This document shows positions 1 through 9,097 of a stretch of DNA of 20,000 bases, piece by piece; the first letter of the stretch is position 1; each line of letters opens with the position of its first letter. The notes under the pieces are model-generated. The model searched no databases. It worked only from the letters and a program-made list of their open reading frames with translations, and had not been told where the DNA came from. The stretch lies in NCBI RefSeq assembly GCF_000328665.1, contig NC_019977.1, forward strand, positions 2,408,905 through 2,428,904, in the 5' to 3' direction. The position numbers and the translations under genes are program-made. Origin of the DNA: Methanomethylovorans hollandica DSM 15978 (GTDB taxonomy: Archaea > Halobacteriota > Methanosarcinia > Methanosarcinales > Methanosarcinaceae).

Positions 1-785
1 AGGTTCTCTTCTACCTGATAATGTTCATTCATACCTGAGAGCACTACAGTGACAGCAGGATGGCTCCAGACCCAGCGCAATGCCCACTCCACAGGACCGC
101 GCTTGACATCAGCTTTGTTCCAGATATCCATTACCTCAGCGGGGACCGGGGATGCCAGATTGCCACCCCTTAATGGCTCCATGATCACAACTCCAAGGTC
201 ACGGGAAGCAGCATATTCAAGTCCCTTTCTTCCTGCCTGTATATTTTCATCCAGGAAATTATACTGTATCTGGCAGAAATCCCAGTCATAGCCATCCACA
301 ATATCCTTAAAATCCTCGGCATTACCATGATAGGAAAATCCTGCGTTGATGATGCGGCTATCAGCCTTGGCCCTGTCAAGAAAATCAGTGACACCCAAGT
401 CCCGGATATTCTCCCAGCTACTCCCTACAAGACTGTGTATAAGATAATAGTCAATGTGATCTGTATTCAATTTCTCAAGTTGTTTTTTAAGGAACATATC
501 CATGTCCTTCGGGCTTTTTACCATCCATTGGGGCTGTTTTGTGGCAAGTTTAACCTTTTCCCTGTACCCTTCTGCAAGAGCTCTCCCGAGGAATGGCTCG
601 CTTTCTCCCATATGATAAGGCCATGCAGTATCTACATAATTGACACCGTTATCTATTGCATGGCGGATCATCTGAGTGGCTTTTTCCTCATCAATGCTGC
701 CGTCCTGTTTGACGGGAAGGCGCATGGCCCCAAAACCAAGTATAGAAAGCTTATCTCCATTCTTTGGCATTTTCCTGTATAACAT
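1..785 (-). CDS. Aldo/keto reductase family protein (COG1453-like), 3' end runs off the window
   Basis: Not in the ORF track; translated by hand from ATG at 785, with GAGGAG just upstream: MLYRKMPKNGDKLSILGFGAMRLP...GVNYVDTAWPYHMGESE...VKLATK...DHIDYYLIH...GFSYHG...QIQYN...IMEPLRGG...ALRWVW...VLSGM. The frame stays open to position 1, and these are typical AKR motifs. Confidence 0.93.
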   Translation of the reverse strand, partial: MLYRKMPKNGDKLSILGFGAMRLPVKQDGSIDEEKATQMIRHAIDNGVNYVDTAWPYHMGESEPFLGRALAEGYREKVKLATKQPQWMVKSPKDMDMFLKKQLEKLNTDHIDYYLIHSLVGSSWENIRDLGVTDFLDRAKADSRIINAGFSYHGNAEDFKDIVDGYDWDFCQIQYNFLDENIQAGRKGLEYAASRDLGVVIMEPLRGGNLASPVPAEVMDIWNKADVKRGPVEWALRWVWSHPAVTVVLSGMNEHYQVEEN

Positions 786-1088
786 AATACTCCTCTTTGA
801 TCCAAAATTAATAACAAATAATTATGTAAAGATCATTTTTTAGATATTCCTTGCCGTATCAACTGAAATGATATTTCTCTCAGGATATCCAGCTGATCAC
901 CTCAAATTATCCCATTGGGGACAAAACCAGTCTTACAACAGTCTTTTCCTGATCACATAATAGTAGCCATTAGTAATTCTTACTGTGCTTCCTGTACCAA
1001 GAAGTTTGTGTTCATGCCTTAAGCTTTTGATTTGTATATGTTTTTACCCATATTATTTACTTTATTTTGCAAATGGCTTAACTCTCGA

Positions 1089-1102
1089 GATTTATATAAA
1101 TC
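1089..1102. promoter_or_regulatory. Palindromic TATA box (GATTTATATAAATC), probable promoter of the 1187 gene
   Basis: Archaeal TTTATATA consensus at 1091-1098, about 90 nt upstream of the ATG at 1187. A GGTGA RBS lies just upstream of that ATG. Confidence 0.55.
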
Positions 1103-1186
1103 AACAATGTGCATATAGGTGCATTTTATTATGTTCATAGCTGTTATATCAATGACCAGATAGTTTTGAACTTACGGTGAAAAGCC

Positions 1187-4100
1187 ATGAGTATGAAAAA
1201 CGTAATTATCTGGTCTCTTTTTATATTGTTGACCATCGTTCCTCTTGCAGGATGTGATGTAAACAGTTCTGTTATGTTTGTTGACACAAATGAAACTGAA
1301 TACTATGAGTTTAATGCAACAAAAGATGAAAATCAAGTTGAAATGATAGATTTTAATGTAAATGATACAGAAAATTATAACTGGAGTATTATAAGTGCTG
1401 AAATTCAAATAAATCAGACTTTTGATGCTGCAGCAATTTCAGTTTCCTTAAAAACACCGGTTGTCTACGTTGATACAGATGGAACCGGAAATTACAACTG
1501 TGATGGAGCAAACGATCACATTCAAATAAATCAGGCCTTATCATATATAAATGGACGTGGAGGCGGTACTGTTTACCTAAGGGGTCCAAATACATACTGG
1601 ATCGATAGTACTCTGAATATAGGTGCTGACACTGTCCTTACAGGTGACCCGACAGCTGAGATCAAATTGGTTGCAAATGCCGGTTGGGCATCACAGGTTC
1701 CGCTAATAAGGGGTAACATCGGAGCCGACAATATTGTGATCACCGGATTTACTATCGACGGTAACAGCGAATCACAATCCGGGATAACCAAAGGTCAAGG
1801 ATATTATAATCTGATATTGTTCCAGAACTCAAATAATGTCGAAGTATCCCGTATGCGTCTGGAATGGGGTACAGGCGATGGAATGAAAGTTTACAGTGGT
1901 AGCGAAATTAAATTCCTTCACAATGATGTGTACAAGCTCGGTCATGATGCATGTTATATTCTGTATTCGAACAACGGGGAATGCGCATACAATACCGTGA
2001 TGATGCGAACGAATAGTGCGTGCCGCATTACATGTGGATCAAATATCACTGTTCATGATAATGTTTTCTACTCTGATCTATCAGGAGGCGAATCCACAGG
2101 CCCGGCTATAGAGATCGATAAAACAAATACAGGCAGTACTGCAGTATTTGATGATATAGAGATCTACAATAATAAGATATATTCAATTAATGGAGCAGGT
2201 ATCTGGATGTTTGCAGGATATCCGGATAATGTGATCCGAGCAAAGAACGTTAATATACACCATAATACTTTTAGTAAAGTCGGACAGTATACTGCAAATA
2301 CAGGATACAGTAATGCAGCGATCGTGATCCAAAACTTTGACAACACTATCATCGAGAACAATGTATTTGATGATGGTGGCCATGCAGCAATTAAATGGTA
2401 TGTGTGGTCCGGGCACATCACACAGCAAAAAGCAGAGTTCACCACCTATGTGAGGAACAATATCATAATGAATAATGACGGAGTAAGCGGAGTTACTGGC
2501 TCAGGCGTGGGTATATGGAACACACAACCATCCTACGCGAAGTTCATTGTCCAGAATAATAACATCTACAACAATGAGAATGGACAAACCTATGGCTCAG
2601 GTTTCACAATGAGCAATAACCTGAATGTTGATCCACATTGTGTTGATCAAACCAATTCAAAACTCAGCTCACGTGACTACCATCTTAAGAGCAAGGTAGG
2701 CCGTTATTCAAGTGGCAAGTGGGTAACAGACTCAATATCGAGTCCACTGATAGATGCGGGTAATTCCAAATGTGCTTGCAGCAGCGAACCCTCTCCGAAT
2801 GGCGGAGTAATAAACATTGGACGATATGGTAACACTGCCGAAGCTTCCAAGAGTGGGTCATCTGTTCCGATAGCAGATAATTCACCTGTGTCAAACGCCG
2901 GAAACAACAAAGCTGCTACAGCTGGTTCTGCGGTAATTTTCGATGCCAGTGCATCAACAGATGATAAAGGCATAGCCTCTTACTCATGGGATTTCGATGC
3001 TTCGAACGGTATAACATCCGAAGCCATAGGTAAGACAGCCACCAAGACATATGCAGCTGCGGGAAACTATACGGTCACACTTACTGTCACTGATACAAGT
3101 GGACAGAGATCAACAGATACATTAGACGTAGTTGTCACTACTGCGATTTCAAATCAGATAGATGATTCACTAACTGTTTATGACAACAGATTACGTGAAG
3201 CAGCCCCGAGTACTGTTTATTCCGATTCCAATTATATTGATATCGGACAGGCAGGAACTCGTTACAGGGATCTGATGTGGTTCGATCTTAGTGAGTACAA
3301 GACAACAGATACCATATCTAAGGCGACACTTTCATTGTACTGGTATTATCCAGCTGGTGCTACTCGCGCTTCCGATACTGTAGTGGAGATCTACAGACCA
3401 CTTGAATGGGATCCAAAGTATGTAAGCTGGAACTCCAGAACCTCCACTTCTACATGGAGCACAGCCGGAGGAAACTGGTATGATAAGAACGGTGTTGCTC
3501 AGGGCAGTACACCGTACACATCCCTTAAATTCCCGGCCAGGACAGTGCCTGGTAACAAATACTATGATTTCGATGTCACTCAGCTGGTGCAGGAATATGT
3601 GAGTGGTAAGAATAAGAACAATGGATTCTTCCTCAAGGCCAGGACAGAGAATGGTAATTATATTGCATTCTACAGCTCACAATGGACAAATGCAGCTCAG
3701 AGACCGAAATTAACAGTGGTTGCTACAGCAGCTTCTGTAGATGATTCACCTGTGGCAAACGCTGGAGACAACAAAGCTGCTACAGCTGGTTCTGCGGTAA
3801 TTTTCGATGCCAGTGCATCAACAGATGATAAAGGCATAGCCTCTTACTCATGGGATTTCGATGCTTCGAACGGTATAACATCCGAAGCCATAGGCAAGAC
3901 AGCTACCAGGACATACGCAGCTGCAGGAAACTATACGGTCACACTTACTGTCACTGATACGAACGGACAGAAGTCAATCGATACTGTAAACGTAATTGTC
4001 AGCAGCACACCAGTCACAAATACTGTATCTGTTCTTTATGACAATAGATTGGTTGAGTCATCTAAAACTATGGTCTATTCCACTTCAAATTACCTTGATA

Positions 4101-4594
4101 TCGGAAAAAGCTCAACTCGTTGCAGGGATATAATGATGTTTGATCTTAGCAAATATAAAACAACAGATAAAGTATCTAAGGCCACCCTCTCACTATACTG
4201 GTATTATCCTACAACTGCCACACGCACTTCTGATACTGTAGTAGAGATATACAGACCAGTGGAATGGGACCCGAAATATGTGACCTGGAACAACCGTGCT
4301 TCGGGCACTTCATGGAGCACAGCCGGAGGAAGCTGGTACGATAAGAATGGGGTTGCACAGGGTAATACACCATATACATCCCTTACATTCCCGGCCAGGA
4401 CATTGCCAGGCAACAAATACTATGATTTCGATGTCACTCAGCTTGTACAGGAATATGTGAGTGGTAAGAGCAAGAACACAGGTTTCTTCCTAAAGGCCAG
4501 GACAGAGAATGGTAATTACATTGCCTTCTACAGTTCAGAGTGGTCTAATGCAGCTCAGAGACCAATATTAAAGGTGACTGCTGCAACGACTTGA
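1187..4594 (+). CDS. Disaggregatase-like surface protein: signal peptide/lipobox, right-handed beta-helix, 2x (PKD + DNRLRE domain)
   Basis: The hydrophobic N-terminus ends in LAGC. There is an Asn/Ile-rich pectate-lyase-like beta-helix (DHIQINQAL, ITGFTIDGN), two PKD domains (FDASASTDDKGIASYSWDF...GNYTVTLTVTD) and two YDNRL(R/V)E-initiated domains typical of Methanosarcinales disaggregatase-related proteins. Confidence 0.9.
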   Translation: MSMKNVIIWSLFILLTIVPLAGCDVNSSVMFVDTNETEYYEFNATKDENQVEMIDFNVNDTENYNWSIISAEIQINQTFDAAAISVSLKTPVVYVDTDGTGNYNCDGANDHIQINQALSYINGRGGGTVYLRGPNTYWIDSTLNIGADTVLTGDPTAEIKLVANAGWASQVPLIRGNIGADNIVITGFTIDGNSESQSGITKGQGYYNLILFQNSNNVEVSRMRLEWGTGDGMKVYSGSEIKFLHNDVYKLGHDACYILYSNNGECAYNTVMMRTNSACRITCGSNITVHDNVFYSDLSGGESTGPAIEIDKTNTGSTAVFDDIEIYNNKIYSINGAGIWMFAGYPDNVIRAKNVNIHHNTFSKVGQYTANTGYSNAAIVIQNFDNTIIENNVFDDGGHAAIKWYVWSGHITQQKAEFTTYVRNNIIMNNDGVSGVTGSGVGIWNTQPSYAKFIVQNNNIYNNENGQTYGSGFTMSNNLNVDPHCVDQTNSKLSSRDYHLKSKVGRYSSGKWVTDSISSPLIDAGNSKCACSSEPSPNGGVINIGRYGNTAEASKSGSSVPIADNSPVSNAGNNKAATAGSAVIFDASASTDDKGIASYSWDFDASNGITSEAIGKTATKTYAAAGNYTVTLTVTDTSGQRSTDTLDVVVTTAISNQIDDSLTVYDNRLREAAPSTVYSDSNYIDIGQAGTRYRDLMWFDLSEYKTTDTISKATLSLYWYYPAGATRASDTVVEIYRPLEWDPKYVSWNSRTSTSTWSTAGGNWYDKNGVAQGSTPYTSLKFPARTVPGNKYYDFDVTQLVQEYVSGKNKNNGFFLKARTENGNYIAFYSSQWTNAAQRPKLTVVATAASVDDSPVANAGDNKAATAGSAVIFDASASTDDKGIASYSWDFDASNGITSEAIGKTATRTYAAAGNYTVTLTVTDTNGQKSIDTVNVIVSSTPVTNTVSVLYDNRLVESSKTMVYSTSNYLDIGKSSTRCRDIMMFDLSKYKTTDKVSKATLSLYWYYPTTATRTSDTVVEIYRPVEWDPKYVTWNNRASGTSWSTAGGSWYDKNGVAQGNTPYTSLTFPARTLPGNKYYDFDVTQLVQEYVSGKSKNTGFFLKARTENGNYIAFYSSEWSNAAQRPILKVTAATT
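2881..4580 (+). repeat. Intragenic tandem duplication of the PKD+DNRLRE module (about 860 bp period)
   Basis: The PKD copies are offset by 864 bp, with a 127-bp identical stretch (2904-3030 = 3768-3894). The DNRLRE copies start at about 3179 and 4037 and are more diverged. Confidence 0.92.
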
Positions 4595-4628
4595 AGTGAA
4601 AGAATAGTAAGAGTAAATTTGAGGATTG

Positions 4629-4672
4629 AGTGTGAGCCTAAAATAATTGCGCTCCACTTAATTTTGATATTT
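4629..4672 (+). terminator. Possible terminator after the disaggregatase-like gene
   Basis: Imperfect stem AGTG-T-GAGC...GCTC-CACT (4629-4658) followed by a T-rich tract. Confidence 0.3.
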
Positions 4673-4858
4673 ATGTTTATAGATGATTTTCACAATCAAG
4701 TTCTAGTATCGGATTAGTATTTATATAAATACAATTAAAATGAATAAAAACATGGTATTCTTAACAAATTTAAGGGGCTAATATAGAAATAAAACTATAT
4801 GTTGATAATAAACTGTTTATGAAAACCAGATAAGTAAGATTAATGTTGGTGTTTTAAA

Positions 4859-5002
4859 ATGGCCCTGATCAACAAAATGCAAGCAGAACCAAAAGTGTGT
4901 GATCTCTTCACTAAAAAAGAAGAATATAACCCACCTTTTTTAGATCAGTACACACTAAATTTTTTTTACCTTTGGTCTTTCAAGAGCTATAAAATAGCGT
5001 AG
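4859..5002 (+). CDS. Candidate 47-aa small ORF of unknown function
   Basis: MALINKMQAEPKVCDLFTKKEEYNPPFLDQYTLNFFYLWSFKSYKIA*. GGTG at 4848-4851 sits 7 nt before the ATG. No homology recognised. Confidence 0.25.
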   Translation: MALINKMQAEPKVCDLFTKKEEYNPPFLDQYTLNFFYLWSFKSYKIA

Positions 5003-5365
5003 ACAGAGATCTATGTGTGTTGAGACTATTTGGATGAACATGCATGTGAGCAAGAATAAACTTATATATGCATATATAGTATTAATGTAGAAAAATAGTA
5101 TAAATAATAATTCCTAAATGCAAAGTGCTGATCACGTGATGGATAAATATTACATATAAAAGAACTGCTTAAGATTTATTTGTTCACATATAGTAATAGA
5201 TATATACTATAAATATCTTGTTTGTAGTATATTAAGGTGATAATCAGCTGTTGCGTTTTTAGCTCTACACTTTTTTAGGGAATGTGCTATATAATTATGA
5301 TACCAAAGCTATTGGTAATACAACTTTCATTTAAAGATTAAAGGGTTTCATCAGGTGGGTGCAAA

Positions 5366-5911
5366 ATGGTTTCAGAAATGGTTTCTGATAGGGACAAGAT
5401 TTGTTTTGGAGAAATAGCCGAGCATTATAATGAGAATAAACTCATATTTGGGATAAAATATTTCTGGAAATGGCTTTTAGAAAGGCTCGCATCAACCTGC
5501 CCAATTCCGTCCTGGAGAGCCAAATTCCATAAAATGAGAGGAGTCAATATTGGGAAAAATGTTTATATCGGTTATGATGTGATTTTTGATCGGATCCACC
5601 CGGAAATGATCACGATCGAAGATTTTGTTGAAATTGGCGATCGTTGTATACTATCTGCTCATTCAAGAGGCAGTCTTACAACAAGAAATGCATATCCACG
5701 AACCATAGAGCCAATTGTCATCAGATATGGTGTTTCTGTAAACCCGGGGTGTATAATAACTCAGGGAGTAGAGATTGGAGAAAATTCCATAATAGGAATC
5801 GGATCTGTAGTCAGCCGCAATATTTCTCCAAATAGTCTTGCTTTAGGCTTCCCGGCCAAAGTTGTAAAAAAGCTGGATGTAGGGAACGAAGAAAAATCAG
5901 AAGCTTGTTGA
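5366..5911 (+). CDS. Hexapeptide-repeat (left-handed beta-helix) acyltransferase, sugar O/N-acetyltransferase-like
   Basis: Hexapeptide repeats GVNIGKNVYIG, ITIEDFVEIGDRCIL and GVEIGENSIIGIGSVV; conserved His (LSAH); C-terminal GFPAKVVK; AGGTG RBS upstream. Confidence 0.88.
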   Translation: MVSEMVSDRDKICFGEIAEHYNENKLIFGIKYFWKWLLERLASTCPIPSWRAKFHKMRGVNIGKNVYIGYDVIFDRIHPEMITIEDFVEIGDRCILSAHSRGSLTTRNAYPRTIEPIVIRYGVSVNPGCIITQGVEIGENSIIGIGSVVSRNISPNSLALGFPAKVVKKLDVGNEEKSEAC

Positions 5912-5951
5912 TTTGCATAATACGTTTTAAATAAATAAAACAGAATTAAAA

Positions 5952-6004
5952 TGTGCTATATCTGTACAATATTTTCAGAAATAGTACAACACATCTTATT
6001 TTTT
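5952..6004. terminator. Probable shared terminator between convergent genes
   Basis: Inverted repeat TGTGCTATATCTG / CAGAAATAGTACA (11 of 13 matches), followed by a T-run on + and preceded by A-rich sequence. Confidence 0.4.
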
Positions 6005-6048
6005 GGAACTTCTGATACTGGATTTCTTTGGATCGATTTTGCCAGTTA

Positions 6049-7182
6049 TTACTTCTTTCCTCTGGTCACTATTCTTACAAGTAATGATTTTTTTATCTCT
6101 ACAGCATGACTTGGACAAAGTTCACGACAACAATAGCATTGGATGCACTTTTCTTCTTTAATCTTAAGAGAGCCAGCTTTTTCCTCAATAGCATCTACAG
6201 AACAATTCAAAACACACGCCTTGCAAAGTGTACAGATAGAAGTGTTGATGAAGGGCTTCACTGTAAACTGCTTTCTAAGTGTCCTTCGAAAGAAACGAGG
6301 CATAAGAGCAAGAGTTCCACCTGTTGGCTTTTTGAAATTGATCTTGACTTTCTCCAATGGCGTGCCCACAACTTCAGGATGCCCACTACCAAATCCTCTG
6401 GAAAGTGCAGCTTTATTAGTCGGTATCTGCAATGGATCAAATCCTATAAGTTCCGACGCTACCACATCCAATGCCACACAATCATAACTAGCCATAATAA
6501 CTCCTGCAGATATGGGAGTACCAGCTGATGGACCGTCTCCTTCCATCCCTATTATGCCATCCATGACTGCAAGATGGGGTTTGATGAAAGAATAGATATC
6601 AACAACAGCATCTCCAAAAAGATCACGATCTTCCAGATAATGGGCAGCTTTTCTGTCTTTTCTAGGTATAGCACCGAAAAAATTTTTGACAGCTCCCGTA
6701 TAAAGAGTGAGTTCATGGGTCTTAAGCTTGGGCAATGAAATGATCACATCTGCTTCAGTTACTTCTTTTGCTATGTGTAAGCGTGGAAAGTGTTTTGCTC
6801 CGGGAACATCAACTTCAACAAAACCAGAAGTTTCAAAATTGATCAGTTCTGCACCACAATTTGAAGCAGCTTCTTCTATGCCAGATGTTCTAAGAGCTTT
6901 TGCAGTGGCAGTTGAATCGGAACTTGTGATTCCGGAACCATCCCCTACAATCGGAATACCACCTGCCTCTTTAACAAGTTCACACATTGCCGAAACAATT
7001 GCAGGATGAGTGGTAACTGCAGCCTCCGGCTTTTTAATAGCAAGCACATTAGGTTTCAACAATACCCGGTTGCCTGGAGCTATGATACCCTCAAGACCAC
7101 CAATAAGATCGATTGCTTCCTTGATGGCATCCCTTGCTTTTGAATAATCATCACACTGTACAATGGAGACTTTTATTTTCAT
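6049..7182 (-). CDS. DUF362-family protein with C-terminal 2x[4Fe-4S] ferredoxin domain
   Basis: Motifs VLLKPN, TTHP, ISLPKLKTH, GAVKNFFG and DGIIGMEGDGP; Cys motifs CTLCKACVLNC and CIQCYCCRELCP; GAGGT RBS. Confidence 0.88.
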   Translation of the reverse strand: MKIKVSIVQCDDYSKARDAIKEAIDLIGGLEGIIAPGNRVLLKPNVLAIKKPEAAVTTHPAIVSAMCELVKEAGGIPIVGDGSGITSSDSTATAKALRTSGIEEAASNCGAELINFETSGFVEVDVPGAKHFPRLHIAKEVTEADVIISLPKLKTHELTLYTGAVKNFFGAIPRKDRKAAHYLEDRDLFGDAVVDIYSFIKPHLAVMDGIIGMEGDGPSAGTPISAGVIMASYDCVALDVVASELIGFDPLQIPTNKAALSRGFGSGHPEVVGTPLEKVKINFKKPTGGTLALMPRFFRRTLRKQFTVKPFINTSICTLCKACVLNCSVDAIEEKAGSLKIKEEKCIQCYCCRELCPSHAVEIKKSLLVRIVTRGKK

Positions 7183-7293
7183 AAATCTACCTCAATCAAA
7201 ATATAGAACATATATAACTGCTGTTGATTAATATTAGAAAAAGAACATAATATTATATTTCTGGCTTGAAAAAGAGTGGACTGGATATTATGA

Positions 7294-8034
7294 TCATATG
7301 GTTTGACAGCCATCAACTGCAATAACCGATCCGCTAACATAACTTGCAAGGTCCGAACTTAAGAATAATGCAACTTTTGCTATATCCTCCGGAGCACCTA
7401 TCCTTCCAAGGGAAATATGGGATAGCATTTTATCCCTTATGTCAGGTTTTAGATCTTTGATAAGGTCGGTCTCTATAAAACCAGGAGCAACAGCATTAAC
7501 TGTTATTCCATACCTGCCAAGTTCTTTTGCAGCAGATCGTGTGAATCCAACAACAGCTGCCTTACTTGCAGAATATATTGTCTGTCCTTCATTACCCTGC
7601 AGACCAACAATTGAAGATATATTAATGATCCTTCCTGATCTTTGCTTTCTCATCATATTTGACGCATACCTGGTGCACAGAAAAGTTCCCTTTAGATTGA
7701 CATCGATAGTATGATCAAAAAGTTCTGTACCGGTAAGTGCCAGAAGACTATTTCTCATGATCCCGGCATTGTTAACCAGCACATCAAGCCTTGAATACTT
7801 GTCTTTTATTGAACTGAACATATCCCTTACTTCATCTTCTGATGAAACATCAGCTTTGATCATGTAAGCAGAAAGACCTTTTTTATGTATCAGATCCACA
7901 AGTTCAGCTGCACTATTTTCATTCTTATTGTAGTTGACTATCACATGTGCATGGTTCTCTGCAGCAAGCAAAGCTATAGCTTTACCTATACCACGGCTTG
8001 CTCCAGTTACCAGTACAACTTTACCATCTAGCAT
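7294..8034 (-). CDS. fabG: 3-oxoacyl-ACP reductase-like short-chain dehydrogenase
   Basis: Classical SDR motifs TGASRGIG, VLVNNAG, NISS, YSASK and VAPGFIET; 246 aa. Confidence 0.88.
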   Translation of the reverse strand: MLDGKVVLVTGASRGIGKAIALLAAENHAHVIVNYNKNENSAAELVDLIHKKGLSAYMIKADVSSEDEVRDMFSSIKDKYSRLDVLVNNAGIMRNSLLALTGTELFDHTIDVNLKGTFLCTRYASNMMRKQRSGRIINISSIVGLQGNEGQTIYSASKAAVVGFTRSAAKELGRYGITVNAVAPGFIETDLIKDLKPDIRDKMLSHISLGRIGAPEDIAKVALFLSSDLASYVSGSVIAVDGCQTI

Positions 8035-8046
8035 TTATCTCACATT

Positions 8047-9015
8047 TCATCTGTTAATAAAACAGGTGGATGGAGCTGCCCTTATATATTCTGTACTTGT
8101 TTTGACTCTTTCGATATGTTTCAGGGCATTCTGTACAGTCTCTCCGGGCAGACCTGTGTTCTTTTCGATCACATCAAGAGACATTTTATGGTCTTGACCG
8201 TAAAGCAACTGGTCCATGACCTGAATAGGCATGCGCCAGTAAAAATCCTGATCAGACGTATAATGACTCCATGTGTCAGCACTTGGCGGCCTTTTGATGA
8301 TCTCTTCATTAACATTGAGGTATTTTGCCAGGGCATAGACCTGGGTCTTATAACAATCAGCCAGAGGCTCAATGTCCACACCACCATCTCCATATTTCAC
8401 GAACTGTCCAAGAGCCAGTTCTGTCTTATTGGTCGTTCCACAAACTATGTAGTTCATTTTTTCAGCATACATATACTGAACGATCATCCTGGAGCGCTGC
8501 TTGACACCCTGTAATCCGATTATTTCAAGATAATCACTTGCTTTCAATCTATGCTGTGCAGCAACCTCGCCATCTTTGAAAAGTTTCAGATATGGGACGT
8601 TCACAGCTCCGGTACTCAAAAAATCAGGCAGCACAAGCGCTGTCTCGTGTATCTTGGGATCATATTCAGGGCAGGTTCTCTTTATTACCTGATCCTTCTT
8701 ATTGTAAATATCAAGTGCTTCCAGTATTGGAGAGATAGGAACTTCTTCATATTTCACTCCAAGACTTTCACAAATTTCTGCGCCAAGGGTATTGCTTGAA
8801 GGAGCTGATTCTTTTTCAGGTAGGAGCAAACCAAACACATTTTTAGCTCCAAGCTCCTGTACACAAAGAGCAAGGATCACAGCTGAATCAACACCACCTG
8901 AAACTCCTATGACAGCACCTTTCTTTTTGAAACCGACAATCTTTTCCTTTATAAAGTGCCTGAGAATCAGAGCAATTTCATCGATATCTCTAGTAAGTTC
9001 GTCCATTATCTGCAT
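8047..9015 (-). CDS. nadE: NH3-dependent NAD synthetase-like protein (NadE family, probably a paralog)
   Basis: PP-loop GVSGGVDS, GTTNKTE, KYGDGGVD and PPSAD; no glutaminase domain. Start moved from TTG 9033 to ATG 9015 because AGGAG (9029-9025) lies 9 nt upstream of it. Confidence 0.8.
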   Translation of the reverse strand: MQIMDELTRDIDEIALILRHFIKEKIVGFKKKGAVIGVSGGVDSAVILALCVQELGAKNVFGLLLPEKESAPSSNTLGAEICESLGVKYEEVPISPILEALDIYNKKDQVIKRTCPEYDPKIHETALVLPDFLSTGAVNVPYLKLFKDGEVAAQHRLKASDYLEIIGLQGVKQRSRMIVQYMYAEKMNYIVCGTTNKTELALGQFVKYGDGGVDIEPLADCYKTQVYALAKYLNVNEEIIKRPPSADTWSHYTSDQDFYWRMPIQVMDQLLYGQDHKMSLDVIEKNTGLPGETVQNALKHIERVKTSTEYIRAAPSTCFINR

Positions 9016-9097
9016 GGCAGTTCTCTCCTTCAATATTATTAAATTATTAATGACCTTGTATAATGCAAGGGATATTTCCTTGGGGCAATGGAAACGA

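Noticed and set aside
49..782. ORFs 49-291 (+), 327-782 (+) and 185-394 (-)
   Set aside because: Antisense or off-frame shadows of the aldo/keto reductase at 1-785 (-).
1172..4416. Short minus-strand ORFs inside the 1135-aa gene
   Set aside because: Antisense shadows with no recognisable motifs.
2881..4580. Near-identical repeats as a DGR template/variable pair or a CRISPR array
   Set aside because: Both copies are in-frame protein domains, mismatches are not confined to adenines, no reverse transcriptase is present, and there is no repeat-spacer periodicity.
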